Shown here in pieces: positions 1 through 10,179 of a stretch of DNA of 64,000 bases. Numbering within the stretch: position 1 is the first letter of the stretch; every line of letters begins with the position of its first letter. Under the pieces are notes generated by a model. That model was given only the letters and a program-made list of their open reading frames with translations, did not search any database and was not told where the DNA came from. The position numbers and the translations under genes were made by a program. Origin of the DNA: Gammaproteobacteria bacterium (GTDB taxonomy: Bacteria; Pseudomonadota; Gammaproteobacteria; JAJFKO01). The stretch lies in the NCBI GenBank assembly GCA_021773175.1, contig JAJFKO010000064.1:201367-265366 (forward strand), written 5' to 3'.

Positions 1-982
1 AGCTAAAAATTGGTTTGTGCTGGGCGCGAGCACCACTCTTTATACTATTTACAAATAAATCATCGAAACGAATGATACCGCGACGCACGAAAGCCAATAA
101 GCGTGTTCGCTGTAATACATCGATAACAAGAGAGTAAGATTCTATTTCATTGTCGGTTTCTTCGGTCTTAAATTTTTCAGCCCATTGCATTAGCGGTCGA
201 AATAAAATTTGGTCGTAGAGTAAAATGACGATTAACATGGTGATAATGGCAAAGCCAACGGCATGCATATCTTTTTGTCCAATGGCAAGGGCAATATAAG
301 AGCCAATACCGGGTAGACGAATATTCTGGCCAGAGACAGTGATGGCTTCTGTTGCGACCACAAAGAACCAACTTGCGGACATCGACATCATAGTATTCCA
401 AAGTAATCCTGGCATCGAAAAAGGAACTTCGATACGCCAGAATCTTTGCCACGCAGAGAGATGATACATTTGTGCCGCTTCTTTTAAGTTATCGGGAACA
501 TTACGTACAGTTTGATAAAATCCCAGCATCATATTCCAAGCTTGTGAAGTAAAAACTGCAAAAATTGCTGCACATTCAGGACCAAGCATACTGCCATGGA
601 ACAGCATGATAAAAGGTACAACGGCGATAGCCTGGAAAGCGAGAATCGGAACGGATTGCAAAATATCAACTAATGGAATAATAATTTTTTCAGCTTGCTT
701 ACTTTTCGCAGCCCAAGTGCCAAAAATAAATGTAAATAATAAGGAAATAACTAAACCTATCAACATGCGAAAGGTCGTTTGTAGTGCATAAAAAGGTAAA
801 TTTGATGGATTCAGAGAAATGTGTAAGCCTGTGCCAACGTCATAAGGTGCAGCCATTTGACTGGCTGACCAGATCAATAAACCAATTATGGCGAAAATAA
901 ACACAAGCGCTAAAAAATCCCAACGATTCGGCGCTAGATAGAACTTTTCTTGTGTGTAAACCTTGTTATAGCGCATAGACAT
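1..982 (-). CDS. ABC transporter permease (binding-protein-dependent inner-membrane component), partial; ATG at 980-982, continues past window start
   Basis: Manual minus-strand translation from ATG at 982 gives an uninterrupted polytopic membrane protein (MSMRYNKVYTQEKFYLAPNRWDFLALVFIFAIIGLLIWS...PLVDILQSVPILAFQ...). It is absent from the ORF track only because it runs off the window edge. The listed ORFs 177-452(-) and 606-791(+) lie in other frames inside it. Confidence 0.6.
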   Translation of the reverse strand, partial: MSMRYNKVYTQEKFYLAPNRWDFLALVFIFAIIGLLIWSASQMAAPYDVGTGLHISLNPSNLPFYALQTTFRMLIGLVISLLFTFIFGTWAAKSKQAEKIIIPLVDILQSVPILAFQAIAVVPFIMLFHGSMLGPECAAIFAVFTSQAWNMMLGFYQTVRNVPDNLKEAAQMYHLSAWQRFWRIEVPFSMPGLLWNTMMSMSASWFFVVATEAITVSGQNIRLPGIGSYIALAIGQKDMHAVGFAIITMLIVILLYDQILFRPLMQWAEKFKTEETDNEIESYSLVIDVLQRTRLLAFVRRGIIRFDDLFVNSIKSGARAQHKPIFS

Positions 983-1202
983 GGCCGGTGCTTCTCGTAT
1001 ATTAATTGGTGAATCGCAGGCAGTATAAAAAATTGCGCAGCTGATAACAAATACTTTCTGGGTCAATGGCTTACTGATAGTGATTAGAGTGTGGTTAGCA
1101 GTGTTATATACCGCTCGTACTCCGAAGTGCGAGCGGTATCTACTTGATTCTCATTTGTTTAGCCGTTAATCTGTTTTTATTTATAATTAATAATAAAAAC
1201 GT

Positions 1203-2156
1203 ATGGAATTATCATTAATTTACTTTCTTGTTGGGTTAATTTTACTGGTTATTGCTGCCGATCGCTTTGTGACGGGGGCTGCTGGTCTAGCTCGACACTA
1301 TGGTATTTCACCATTACTCATAGGTTTAACAATCGTTGCGCTGGGGACGTCGGCTCCAGAAATTGTGGTTTCTCTGATGGCTTCTTTAAAAGGTGAGCCG
1401 GCTTTAGCGATTGGTAATGCGATTGGTTCAAATATAGCAAATGTTGGTTTGGTATTAGGTTGTTCAGCATTACTTGCACCACTGAAAGTTAAGGCTATTA
1501 CCTTAAAGCGTGAATTTCCAATTTTATTATTTGTAACGTTGCTGACAATCGTTTTATTGATCAATGGTTATTTTAGTCGTTTGGATGGCATTATTTTATT
1601 AGTGGTGCTTATTGTCGTACTTGGTTTATCAATATGGTATGCGATTCATCATCAACGTCAACGAGCAGCAAGTGAAGCGGATAGACGTATTTTAAAACCA
1701 AAAACTTTATGGTTAACGGTATTCTGGTTAGTTGCCGGTGGTGTTGCGATTCCATTTTGTTCTGAGCTATTAATCAATGGTGCGATTGGTTTAGCACAAT
1801 ACTTTGGTATTAGTGAATTTGTTATCGGCTTGAGTGTCGTTGCTATTGGTACTAGCCTACCAGAATTGGCAACATCGATTGTTGCTATTCTTAAAGGTGA
1901 GCATGATATTTCAATTGGTAATATCATTGGTTCTAATGTTTTTAATCTTGTGGCAGTGCTGCCTTTTCCTGGTATTATCGCGCCAACAGCGTTAAATCCA
2001 TCGATGCTTTATCGTGATTTGCCGGTATTACTTTTAAGTACCGTAGCAATTTTTGTCGTTGGTTATAGTATTAAGGATAATGGCAAGGTAACGCGTTTAG
2101 AAGGTTTCTTCTTATTATTGGGTTATGTCATCTTTTTGTATTTTGTATTTAAATAA
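1203..2156 (+). CDS. Na+/Ca2+ exchanger, CaCA family (YrbG-like inner membrane protein)
   Basis: Two internal alpha-repeats GTSAPE...GNAIGSNI and GTSLPEL...GNIIGSNVF, about 10 TM segments, 317 aa. Confidence 0.8.
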   Translation: MELSLIYFLVGLILLVIAADRFVTGAAGLARHYGISPLLIGLTIVALGTSAPEIVVSLMASLKGEPALAIGNAIGSNIANVGLVLGCSALLAPLKVKAITLKREFPILLFVTLLTIVLLINGYFSRLDGIILLVVLIVVLGLSIWYAIHHQRQRAASEADRRILKPKTLWLTVFWLVAGGVAIPFCSELLINGAIGLAQYFGISEFVIGLSVVAIGTSLPELATSIVAILKGEHDISIGNIIGSNVFNLVAVLPFPGIIAPTALNPSMLYRDLPVLLLSTVAIFVVGYSIKDNGKVTRLEGFFLLLGYVIFLYFVFK

Positions 2157-2179
2157 TATGTTTTTTTGGAAAAGTGTTG

Positions 2180-2992
2180 ATGCCGGAATTGCCAGAAGTT
2201 GAAACATGTCGTCGTGGTTTAGCGCCACATATTGAAGGACAGAAAATTACAGATGTGATTGTGCGCGAACGACAGTTACGTTGGCCGATCAATAAAAATT
2301 TAAAGAAGATATTGTCTGATCAGCGGGTCAATGTCATTCAACGGCGTGGTAAATATTTGTTGTTTTGTTTGGATGGCGGTACCTTGATGTTGCATTTGGG
2401 AATGTCAGGGTCATTACGCATGGTGAATGCTACTGAATCTCTGAAAAAGCATGACCACGTAGATATCATTTTTGGCAAAAAAGTTTTACGTTTCAATGAC
2501 CCACGGCGGTTTGGTAGCTTGCATTGGACGACACAAGCGGTGGCAAAACATAAATTATTGCAGCATTTGGGTCCGGAACCTTTAAATGACAGCTTTGATG
2601 CCTTTTATCTCTATGCAAAATCCCGAAAACGCCAAGTTGCTGTCAAAAATTTCATTATGAATAGCCAAATCGTCGTGGGTGTTGGCAATATTTATGCGGC
2701 AGAGTCATTATTTGCCGCGGGTATTCATCCTAAGCGTGCGGCAGGCAAGGTATCTTTGCCGCGCTATGAGTCCTTAGTGATTGAAATTAAAAAAGTTTTA
2801 CATGCTGCCATCAAGCAAGGCGGTACCACTTTACGGGATTTTGTTAATAGCGATGGCAAACCCGGTTATTTCAAGCAAGAACTGTCTGTTTATGGCCGCG
2901 AAGGCTTACCTTGTCTTGTTTGTGGCCATGAATTACATATGCTGCGCCTTGGCCAACGTGCTTCGGTCTTCTGTCCTCACTGCCAAAAATAG
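2180..2992 (+). CDS. mutM: formamidopyrimidine-DNA glycosylase
   Basis: MPELPEVE N-terminus with catalytic Pro2 and C-terminal zinc finger CxxC...CxxC. The ORF track begins at a GTG two codons upstream; the ATG at 2180 is the likely start. Confidence 0.9.
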   Translation: MPELPEVETCRRGLAPHIEGQKITDVIVRERQLRWPINKNLKKILSDQRVNVIQRRGKYLLFCLDGGTLMLHLGMSGSLRMVNATESLKKHDHVDIIFGKKVLRFNDPRRFGSLHWTTQAVAKHKLLQHLGPEPLNDSFDAFYLYAKSRKRQVAVKNFIMNSQIVVGVGNIYAAESLFAAGIHPKRAAGKVSLPRYESLVIEIKKVLHAAIKQGGTTLRDFVNSDGKPGYFKQELSVYGREGLPCLVCGHELHMLRLGQRASVFCPHCQK

Positions 2993-3083
2993 CTTTTTTG
3001 CTAAACTTAAGTTTTATTTAAGAAAGTATATATATAGTTACTGAAACGCTAAGGATAGCAATCAGATAAATGAGGTTAGATTT

Positions 3084-5843
3084 ATGGCACAAGGTAGTAA
3101 TACATCATCCCAAATTACAAGTGATATCGAAGCGCTCGTTGCTGCCGCATATGGTGACAATGGCGTAGGCGCAGAAACAGCCAATGGGCTAACTCAAATA
3201 CCTTCACAAGCTTCAGCTATTCAAACCGCAATTATCCATGCACAAGTTCTTAAATTTGGTATGGAGGTGCGTTCTACTGATACCGCACCGAGTAAACGTG
3301 AACTCGATCAACAAGATGTTCAGACCGTCATAACAACTTTTCTTGATGATGTGATTGCTTATAATGAATTAGTTCTTAGATATTTAGATAGACAGCGAGC
3401 TAGTGATAATATCAGTATACCTAAATATAACGAGAAATATGCAGCAATACAGAAAAGACTTGTTGCATTGCATGAGCTTAAAGCTGACGTTAGCTCACAT
3501 TTAGAGAAGAAACTTGCAGAAATATGTCAAGCACAAACTGAAGGTTCTGATGATGTATACTACGATGCTAATCGTGTAGCTTTATTTACGGAAATGCAGG
3601 CATATGCTAAAGAATACATGATGGGAACATTGGAACCACAATTAGCGGATATATGTTTTCCAGGACAAACCTCATTTAAAGAACATCAATTAAGAGTTTT
3701 TAAAAAAACTGGTGCGAGAAGTCGTACTAGAAAAGGACAACCTGCATTAGTTAATTTCACGGGTTCAGAAACGTCAGGAGATCAGAATCGACGTTATTTT
3801 ACGGTATCTGTTCCCATTGGTTGTCTTACTGATGAGCAGTTAGATCAGTATGGCAAGACTAACTCTCATGCTATTGCATTAAAAGATCGAGTCCATACCG
3901 ATAGTATGTATGCGCGTGAGCGAGCAATGTCGGCTTATTCTTTAGAATCTGTTGGTTATGTTGATGAAGCAACGGGTGAAGTCAAAGTGTTAGGCAAACC
4001 CGTTATTAGACATTCATCAATGGTGGCTGAGAATCATACTGGAACGAAAGTTGAGAGTTATAATGCAACGCGTAGAACCGTTGCTGAGCATATTACTGTT
4101 GCTAGTAATTTATTTTTTGCTGACCATCCTGAGTTACTTGCGCAAGCAGAACATAGTGCTGGTTCGGTTTCTATATCCATTGCTAGCGATAGCTTAATGA
4201 GTACATTACGCAAACAATTCGAACATTTAGATCCTATGCAGCAATTATTACAAATTAAAGTAATGCAGGAATTATTTGCAGCATATAATAGCAAACCTCT
4301 TGAGGTTAGAGTTTTTAATAACGATGGTAGTTCACGACTTGTTACAGTGCAGCCACAGATAAACTTTATGGCTATAGGTGTCAATAGTTTTCGTGGTGAT
4401 GGCAGTACGGTTAAAGGTAGAATTGAAAAAGATCCCGCACAGGCAGTGACCAATAAAAGAAATTTTAATGCTTTAGCTGAAGACTATGCTGCTCACATTC
4501 CAACGACTGTTGTACAAGGTGTCTTTGATAGAAACCCTAATGATGAGAAACACTTAGTAAATTTCCAGCATGTATCTAACTTATTGGGTGACCTCTATAG
4601 TGTTAATGCGGAAGTTGAACAAGCACGACAAGCATATCAACTGAAGATTCAACAAGCATCTGATAGATTATTTACAGCATTACAAGATCCAACATTATCT
4701 GATGCAAAGCTTGAGGCACTAAGACACGATTTACGCAATGTGCTAAAAGCACAGCATCGTCATGTTGAAAGAGTGTTATTCAAGCAAAGACAAGCAAGTT
4801 GGTTGGAGCAGCGTGAAGAAATTTACCAACATCTAGATAACATAGATACTAATTTTGATAGTTGCTCACCTGAAGTAAAAGCAATGTATACATCTCTGGT
4901 GCAGTTCTGTGATTTCCAAGATTTAGTTTATACCGACGCGTTTCGTAATATAGAAAATAATTATTGGCTTAATTCATTATATGCAGATGTTGCCAGCTCT
5001 ATTGGCTATTCAGCAGATAAAGGTTGTCGTGATGGGCGTGACCGTACGTCAGCGAGTATTGATCAATGTCGTGCTGCTGCGGTTGCTCGAGATAAAATTG
5101 GTGGCCGACCATTACGTCACAATAATAGACAACATAGAGAGCTTTTATATAAAGCACAAAATGACTTGCTGTTACATGGTACATCAGCAACGATTGTTGG
5201 TACCCATCAATCACCAGGGAATCGTGGCTTTAACGTTCAACCTGCAGATATGCCAAGTGATAATGTACATTTTAAAAATGCTGAATTGAGTACAATCAAT
5301 GCAAAAAAAGCAACGATGTATAAGAAAGTTACTCCATATCGACGTGTTATTAAAAAAGATAATAGTCACTTACGACGTGTCAGAAAAAATCCAGGAAAAA
5401 CTATTGTTGGTTTAGTTACTGGCGTTGTGTTGCTTGCCTATATTGCTGTGACAAACTTCTTATTTGGACCAAATGGAATTGTTACCAAGGCTTTTCGTGC
5501 AGTACAAAGAAAAATGTTAGAAAAAGTACAGAGTACAATTGCTAATGCAAATTCAGGTAGAACAATTACTGCAAATACTAGTTTAAGCTCGCTTGTTGCT
5601 TCTACAGATCCTTCAGCAACCACAGCAGTTGATAGTGCACAAAAACCAGTGGAGCCAGTAGCAACGGGAACATATTCAGATTCTAGTCCAAGTTTAGCAT
5701 CGAGAGTGGCTGAAGCACGTGGTTATGGCTCTATATTAGGAAAACGTTCTAGACAGCCATGTGCAGGGGAAGAGCTGAGCGCAAAAAAAGCTAATAAAAT
5801 TGGAATTAAGCTTAGTGGCGGGCCAGGATCAACTAAGGGATAA
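3084..5843 (+). CDS. hypothetical large protein (919 aa) with a central coiled-coil stretch and a C-terminal hydrophobic hairpin; effector-like
   Basis: Long clean ORF with an RBS-like GAGG upstream. No family recognised by eye. There is a TM-like segment (TIVGLVTGVVLLAYIAVTNFLF) near the C-terminus and a palindrome just downstream. Confidence 0.55.
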   Translation: MAQGSNTSSQITSDIEALVAAAYGDNGVGAETANGLTQIPSQASAIQTAIIHAQVLKFGMEVRSTDTAPSKRELDQQDVQTVITTFLDDVIAYNELVLRYLDRQRASDNISIPKYNEKYAAIQKRLVALHELKADVSSHLEKKLAEICQAQTEGSDDVYYDANRVALFTEMQAYAKEYMMGTLEPQLADICFPGQTSFKEHQLRVFKKTGARSRTRKGQPALVNFTGSETSGDQNRRYFTVSVPIGCLTDEQLDQYGKTNSHAIALKDRVHTDSMYARERAMSAYSLESVGYVDEATGEVKVLGKPVIRHSSMVAENHTGTKVESYNATRRTVAEHITVASNLFFADHPELLAQAEHSAGSVSISIASDSLMSTLRKQFEHLDPMQQLLQIKVMQELFAAYNSKPLEVRVFNNDGSSRLVTVQPQINFMAIGVNSFRGDGSTVKGRIEKDPAQAVTNKRNFNALAEDYAAHIPTTVVQGVFDRNPNDEKHLVNFQHVSNLLGDLYSVNAEVEQARQAYQLKIQQASDRLFTALQDPTLSDAKLEALRHDLRNVLKAQHRHVERVLFKQRQASWLEQREEIYQHLDNIDTNFDSCSPEVKAMYTSLVQFCDFQDLVYTDAFRNIENNYWLNSLYADVASSIGYSADKGCRDGRDRTSASIDQCRAAAVARDKIGGRPLRHNNRQHRELLYKAQNDLLLHGTSATIVGTHQSPGNRGFNVQPADMPSDNVHFKNAELSTINAKKATMYKKVTPYRRVIKKDNSHLRRVRKNPGKTIVGLVTGVVLLAYIAVTNFLFGPNGIVTKAFRAVQRKMLEKVQSTIANANSGRTITANTSLSSLVASTDPSATTAVDSAQKPVEPVATGTYSDSSPSLASRVAEARGYGSILGKRSRQPCAGEELSAKKANKIGIKLSGGPGSTKG

Positions 5844-5861
5844 ATATATATTTGATTTAAT

Positions 5862-5888
5862 AGCAACAACTAAATTATAATTGTTGCT
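5862..5888. other. perfect 8-bp palindrome AGCAACAA-N11-TTGTTGCT between the two large hypothetical genes
   Basis: Read directly from the sequence. No T-tract follows, so it may be an operator-like site or a weak hairpin. Confidence 0.4.
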
Positions 5889-5953
5889 TGTCATAATCCT
5901 GTAATATTCCCCTCTTATACTGCGACTCGAGTTAAGTAAAAAAAGATATACAC

Positions 5954-8062
5954 GTGACCGCACCAAGTTATTTTAATACAAGCTCATCATTCTCTTCAAC
6001 AGCATTTGGAGATAACCGTCGGTCGAAAAAATCTTTCAACAGGGAAACTATCCCTCCTGAATTTTCAGGCTTAGCGCGACAGCAAGTAACAACAACCTTT
6101 AATCATTTAGTGGGCTCTCCTTTTCAAGCTCAAGCCTATAGTTTTTTAGATACATTTAAACTAAATTTTGTTGCTAATAAAGTCATGCTGCGTGATTGCG
6201 ATGATGAGTTATACCAACTGCTCAGATTATTTTTGCAACAGTTTGTAAGTTTTCACAAAGGCATTTATTGGCGCGGCTTATTGTTCAATCGTGGACAGTT
6301 GAGCGACGATGAGTTAAATGTTTGCCGAGCCCGCGCGAGCTGTTCTGCTTATCGTGATGTACCTGCAATATTACAAGAAACGATGGTGTCTCCTGATTTA
6401 CTAGTGTCAATGCTGCCACAGGCGGCGCCCAATGAACCGATATCATTATTACACTTGTTTTCTCAATTACAATCCGGAGCAGGGGATCCTGGTAAAAGCT
6501 TAGTAATGATCCTCATGACCTTGTTAGAATATATTGAAAAATATAGTTCAGATCAAGCTGAAACGGCACAAGCCTTATGTCGACGTATAATCGCACGCTA
6601 TAAATTAAATGTCATGATTAAATCAAAAGCTAAAGTGGACGATGAAAACTTAGATTTACGCATTAGGAAACGCCAACAACATATTATTCTATGGAAATCA
6701 GATAATTCAAAATACATCCTTTACGAATCATCACCTTATCAAGCTATAAATGAGAAAAAACACTATCTACGTAGACTACTATATTATTTTATTGATGCCA
6801 TGGTGCTGCTATACTCAGTAGGCAGTGGTTTAATGTTATGTTTATTATTTGCGAGCTTTTTTTCTTGGGGATGGCCTATCCTCGTACCGCTTGGTTTAGC
6901 AACGACTATCGTAACGTTCTATTTCTATGATGCAAATTTACGTAATTTTATTAAGCAAGCAATCCGTGGTTTCCCTGGCTTAAAGCTTTGGCAGAAAATC
7001 GCAATAGGATGCTCTGTTGTTTTAGGGTTATTAGCAGGTCTTGCGATGGCCTTTTTTATTAAAGCGGTGACAGCATCATTCATAGCATCGCTGGCTGCCT
7101 CGCTAAGTTGTCCACCAGTATTTGCTGGCATTATTACCGGACTTTTTTTTGTTGGTGCATTAATTGTCGTAACTTTGGCAATGGTACGTTTAGCGATGCG
7201 CTTGGTAAGTAAAAGTTGGATAGAAGGCCGTATTGCACATTTAACAAGTATATGGCGTTGTGACCAGAGTAAGCAATCAAAGCTCAGTAATGTATTACAT
7301 TACACGAAAGCTTTAGTTGTCACCGGTGCCTATATATTTGGTGCCGCGATATCTATTGCAGCGACAACCTTAGCCTATTCTACGCATTGGTTTCATGTCA
7401 TGTTGCCGGTAATTCATTCTGGATTGAGCTTTATTCATATTAGTCCACTCACAGAGATTGCTACAATACTTTATATAACGTTAGCGTCACCACTAAAAAT
7501 AATCTTTAATGCTGAATATGCTGCGGGCTGTGCCAGTGTGCTTATGGATGGTATTCTAAGTGCACCAAAAAAAGTCATTGATGTTGTTAGTCATCCTTTA
7601 AACAGTAGCGAGCTTGTTGCCACTAATATTGCTCGTTATTGGCATGATCCTATGCTGCTGGTAGATACCGTTGTTGATTCAGTGATTAAGGTAGGTAAAA
7701 TTATTATTGGTTTTGGCCATGCTATTGCTAAGTTAGCTTTAACACATGGGCCAATAGGCGAAAGTGGTTCGGTGCTTAATGTTGGCAGCACGGTAGTCGG
7801 TTCTGGAGGTACATTTTTTTATGAAGGTAATAAAGGGATGTTACGCTTCGGTTTAGGCGTGGAATTAACGCGTAATAATACCAAGAAATCAGAAGCCTTT
7901 AATTCTGTTTCATTTCGTGATCCTGAGCATGATGCTGGTTATTCTAGTGCTCAAAGTCTTGATAGCTTTGGAATGCTTGGTAGTGCAGCTAGAACAAGAG
8001 CCACGGCACTAAATTCAACGGTTTCGAGAGCACCTAATAGAACAATGCGAAGACGCTACTAA
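5954..8062 (+). CDS. hypothetical polytopic membrane protein (702 aa) with an N-terminal soluble domain of about 270 aa
   Basis: Long ORF on the same strand immediately after the 919-aa gene. The ORF-track start is a GTG, so the true start is uncertain. The central region has more than 6 predicted TM helices. Confidence 0.55.
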   Translation: MTAPSYFNTSSSFSSTAFGDNRRSKKSFNRETIPPEFSGLARQQVTTTFNHLVGSPFQAQAYSFLDTFKLNFVANKVMLRDCDDELYQLLRLFLQQFVSFHKGIYWRGLLFNRGQLSDDELNVCRARASCSAYRDVPAILQETMVSPDLLVSMLPQAAPNEPISLLHLFSQLQSGAGDPGKSLVMILMTLLEYIEKYSSDQAETAQALCRRIIARYKLNVMIKSKAKVDDENLDLRIRKRQQHIILWKSDNSKYILYESSPYQAINEKKHYLRRLLYYFIDAMVLLYSVGSGLMLCLLFASFFSWGWPILVPLGLATTIVTFYFYDANLRNFIKQAIRGFPGLKLWQKIAIGCSVVLGLLAGLAMAFFIKAVTASFIASLAASLSCPPVFAGIITGLFFVGALIVVTLAMVRLAMRLVSKSWIEGRIAHLTSIWRCDQSKQSKLSNVLHYTKALVVTGAYIFGAAISIAATTLAYSTHWFHVMLPVIHSGLSFIHISPLTEIATILYITLASPLKIIFNAEYAAGCASVLMDGILSAPKKVIDVVSHPLNSSELVATNIARYWHDPMLLVDTVVDSVIKVGKIIIGFGHAIAKLALTHGPIGESGSVLNVGSTVVGSGGTFFYEGNKGMLRFGLGVELTRNNTKKSEAFNSVSFRDPEHDAGYSSAQSLDSFGMLGSAARTRATALNSTVSRAPNRTMRRRY

Positions 8063-8114
8063 TATGTTCCTGTAAGAGATATATATAGCCATCGGGTATA
8101 GCAGCCTCAAAACC

Positions 8115-8996
8115 TTAATTGATTTTTTCAATAATCTTGGCCAAATACTCAGGCATATTTGGCCTGGAATACCAAGCTAATGCTAAATGATTTAAATATT
8201 CTTGGTGATCATTCAAGACGATTAAATGATTATTATCAATATAGGGCTGACTAAATTCTTTAGTTAATAAGCCATAGCCATATCCATGCATAAGCATGTG
8301 TGCCATCATCTCTGTATTGTTCACAAAATAACGCTCGTGTTGCGCATGACTAAATAAGTCGAACTGCTTTAGATAATTAAACGTTAATTGATCGCTAGGG
8401 TCAAAATCAATAATATGTTCGTGACTTAGAATATCAACTAAGCTTCGTGCCTGCCATTCTGGCGTGCAAACCATAACATATTGCTCAGCGTGCAGCACCT
8501 TATGTTCCATATCAGCCATAACTTCCTCAAGAGGAATAATTGCAAACTGGCAAGAACCATTTCTTAATACAAGCTGGCTATTATCTGCATCACTTAAATT
8601 AAAATAGAAATTTAATTTTGGAAATTTATTAATTAAAGATAAACAACTAGGAATTACACGTGTTCGCATAATACTGGTTGCACCAATAATATGAACAAGT
8701 ACACTAATTTCAGCGCCAACACTTTTTATGCCAGATAATGTTTTCCCTTGTAATTCTTGAATATTGCTACAGTATCGAAGTAATATTTCACCCTCCTGAG
8801 TTAATGTCATGCCTTTTCGAGTTCTGATGAATAGACTTGTATCGAGCTTTGATTCTAGTGTTTGCAAACGTTGGCTTACCGCCGTCTGTGTTAAATGCAA
8901 TACTTTTGATGCTGCATGCACAGTCTTATTTTCAGCAATAGCAAGAAATGTTTCGAGTTGTGGGCTCAAGAGTGACAGCTGCTTCATATGATTCAA
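8115..8996 (-). CDS. LysR-family transcriptional regulator
   Basis: N-terminal wHTH (LETFLAIAENKTVHAASKVLHLTQTAVSQRLQTLE) followed by a LysR substrate-binding domain; 293 aa. Confidence 0.85.
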   Translation of the reverse strand: MNHMKQLSLLSPQLETFLAIAENKTVHAASKVLHLTQTAVSQRLQTLESKLDTSLFIRTRKGMTLTQEGEILLRYCSNIQELQGKTLSGIKSVGAEISVLVHIIGATSIMRTRVIPSCLSLINKFPKLNFYFNLSDADNSQLVLRNGSCQFAIIPLEEVMADMEHKVLHAEQYVMVCTPEWQARSLVDILSHEHIIDFDPSDQLTFNYLKQFDLFSHAQHERYFVNNTEMMAHMLMHGYGYGLLTKEFSQPYIDNNHLIVLNDHQEYLNHLALAWYSRPNMPEYLAKIIEKIN

Positions 8997-9104
8997 CTCC
9001 TAAAATGGTTTAATAATTATATAGCGTATTATAATGAGGTTATCAATGCTTAAATATAGTAATGTGGCGCCGGCATTAAATTGCTGACGCCATATTAAAT
9101 ATTT

Positions 9105-9848
9105 CTATAATTTCATGACAACCTGGTGGTTCACGGGAGGTGCTAAGAGTTCAGCCTTTAACGCCTGACTCTGTATGAAGTTGCCAACACCAACGAGAAC
9201 ATCTAAGGTAACATGAGAAAATAAACCTGCGGTGACATCACTATTACAAAAAAGTTGAACAAGTGTAGCTTGTAGGCTTTGTAACTTCATTGGTTCAGCA
9301 AAGTCACTTTCGGTTAATTTCTCTAGCTCTTCAAGAAGCAATTTCAAACCTAACATCTTAGCTTTTTTAACTTCAATCTCCAGTTCATTACTAAAGAAAC
9401 TGGTTGAGGCAATATGAATATCACTTGCCAAGCTATGAAGTTTTTCTGAGCATGCTTCTTTTGCCTCATCAAAAGTTAGATAAGTATGAGGTGGTAATTG
9501 TGTGTAAAATTTTTCAATGTCACATAATAGCCATGAAAACTTATTGTTTAGTATAGGATACTGCTTTCTCAGAGCTTTAATTTTTTTGCTTGTAATGTCA
9601 GGTTCTTCACAAACAAATTTTGTAAGTGCTGAGAATGCCTCAAAAAGTTTTTGATTACCAGAATACTGCGCGGTTTGCCATTTTAGATACTTAAGTATCT
9701 CCGCTTCAGTTTTAAGTGCCTTATAAGGTTTTTCTAGCATATCCGCTTCAGTATTAAATACCTTATAAGGTTTTTCTGCTACTATTTTACTGGAACCACC
9801 TGAACTTTTACCCGCAGATAGTGTGAGTAAGCTGCTACCTATAGCCAT
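9105..9848 (-). CDS. hypothetical protein (247 aa) with a tandem 14-aa repeat near the N-terminus
   Basis: ORF with an internal tandem repeat EKPYKVFNTEADML/EKPYKALKTEAEIL, encoded by a 42-bp x2 DNA repeat. No family recognised. Confidence 0.5.
   Translation of the reverse strand: MAIGSSLLTLSAGKSSGGSSKIVAEKPYKVFNTEADMLEKPYKALKTEAEILKYLKWQTAQYSGNQKLFEAFSALTKFVCEEPDITSKKIKALRKQYPILNNKFSWLLCDIEKFYTQLPPHTYLTFDEAKEACSEKLHSLASDIHIASTSFFSNELEIEVKKAKMLGLKLLLEELEKLTESDFAEPMKLQSLQATLVQLFCNSDVTAGLFSHVTLDVLVGVGNFIQSQALKAELLAPPVNHQVVMKL
9698..9781. repeat. 2 x 42-bp imperfect tandem repeat inside the 247-aa gene
   Basis: Copies 9698-9739 and 9740-9781 are about 85% identical. Confidence 0.6.
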
Positions 9849-10179
9849 GTTTATTCTCCTCAGAAAAAAATAAATTAATTAATCGATTGAAATATTGTAA
9901 ATTTTTTATGTATATATCTGCCTACGGCAGACGGCGAGAGATCGACGTGTCTAAGAAGAACAGCGTGAAGCTCAGCTCTGAATATGTGTGGTTAAGAAGT
10001 TTTAGTGTATTCATATAAGATCCTCTCGAAACATTGCATATTGATGCCAAGAGGTGAGTGTAGATAATGTTGGTGATTCTGTATAACGAGAGTTTCTGTA
10101 CATGTGAATAGAAATTATCATCAATAAAGATAATGAGTCATTTCAAACTTAGATAATTTATATATTATAAAGTTGTATC

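Noticed and set aside
177-791. ORF-track entries 177-452(-) and 606-791(+)
   Set aside because: They lie in alternative frames inside the off-edge ABC permease gene that I could translate continuously on the minus strand. Their translations are not protein-like.
1112-1140. 10-bp perfect inverted repeat (ATACCGCTCG...CGAGCGGTAT) between the divergent permease and exchanger genes
   Set aside because: No flanking T/A tract and it sits in a divergent promoter region. It could be an operator but I cannot support a specific call.
1298-1927. Antisense ORFs inside the CaCA exchanger gene (1298-1564, 1658-1927)
   Set aside because: Fully embedded opposite a well-supported membrane protein, with low-complexity translations.
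2781-3044. 87-aa ORF overlapping the mutM 3' end
   Set aside because: Out-of-frame overlap with a confidently identified gene and no RBS.
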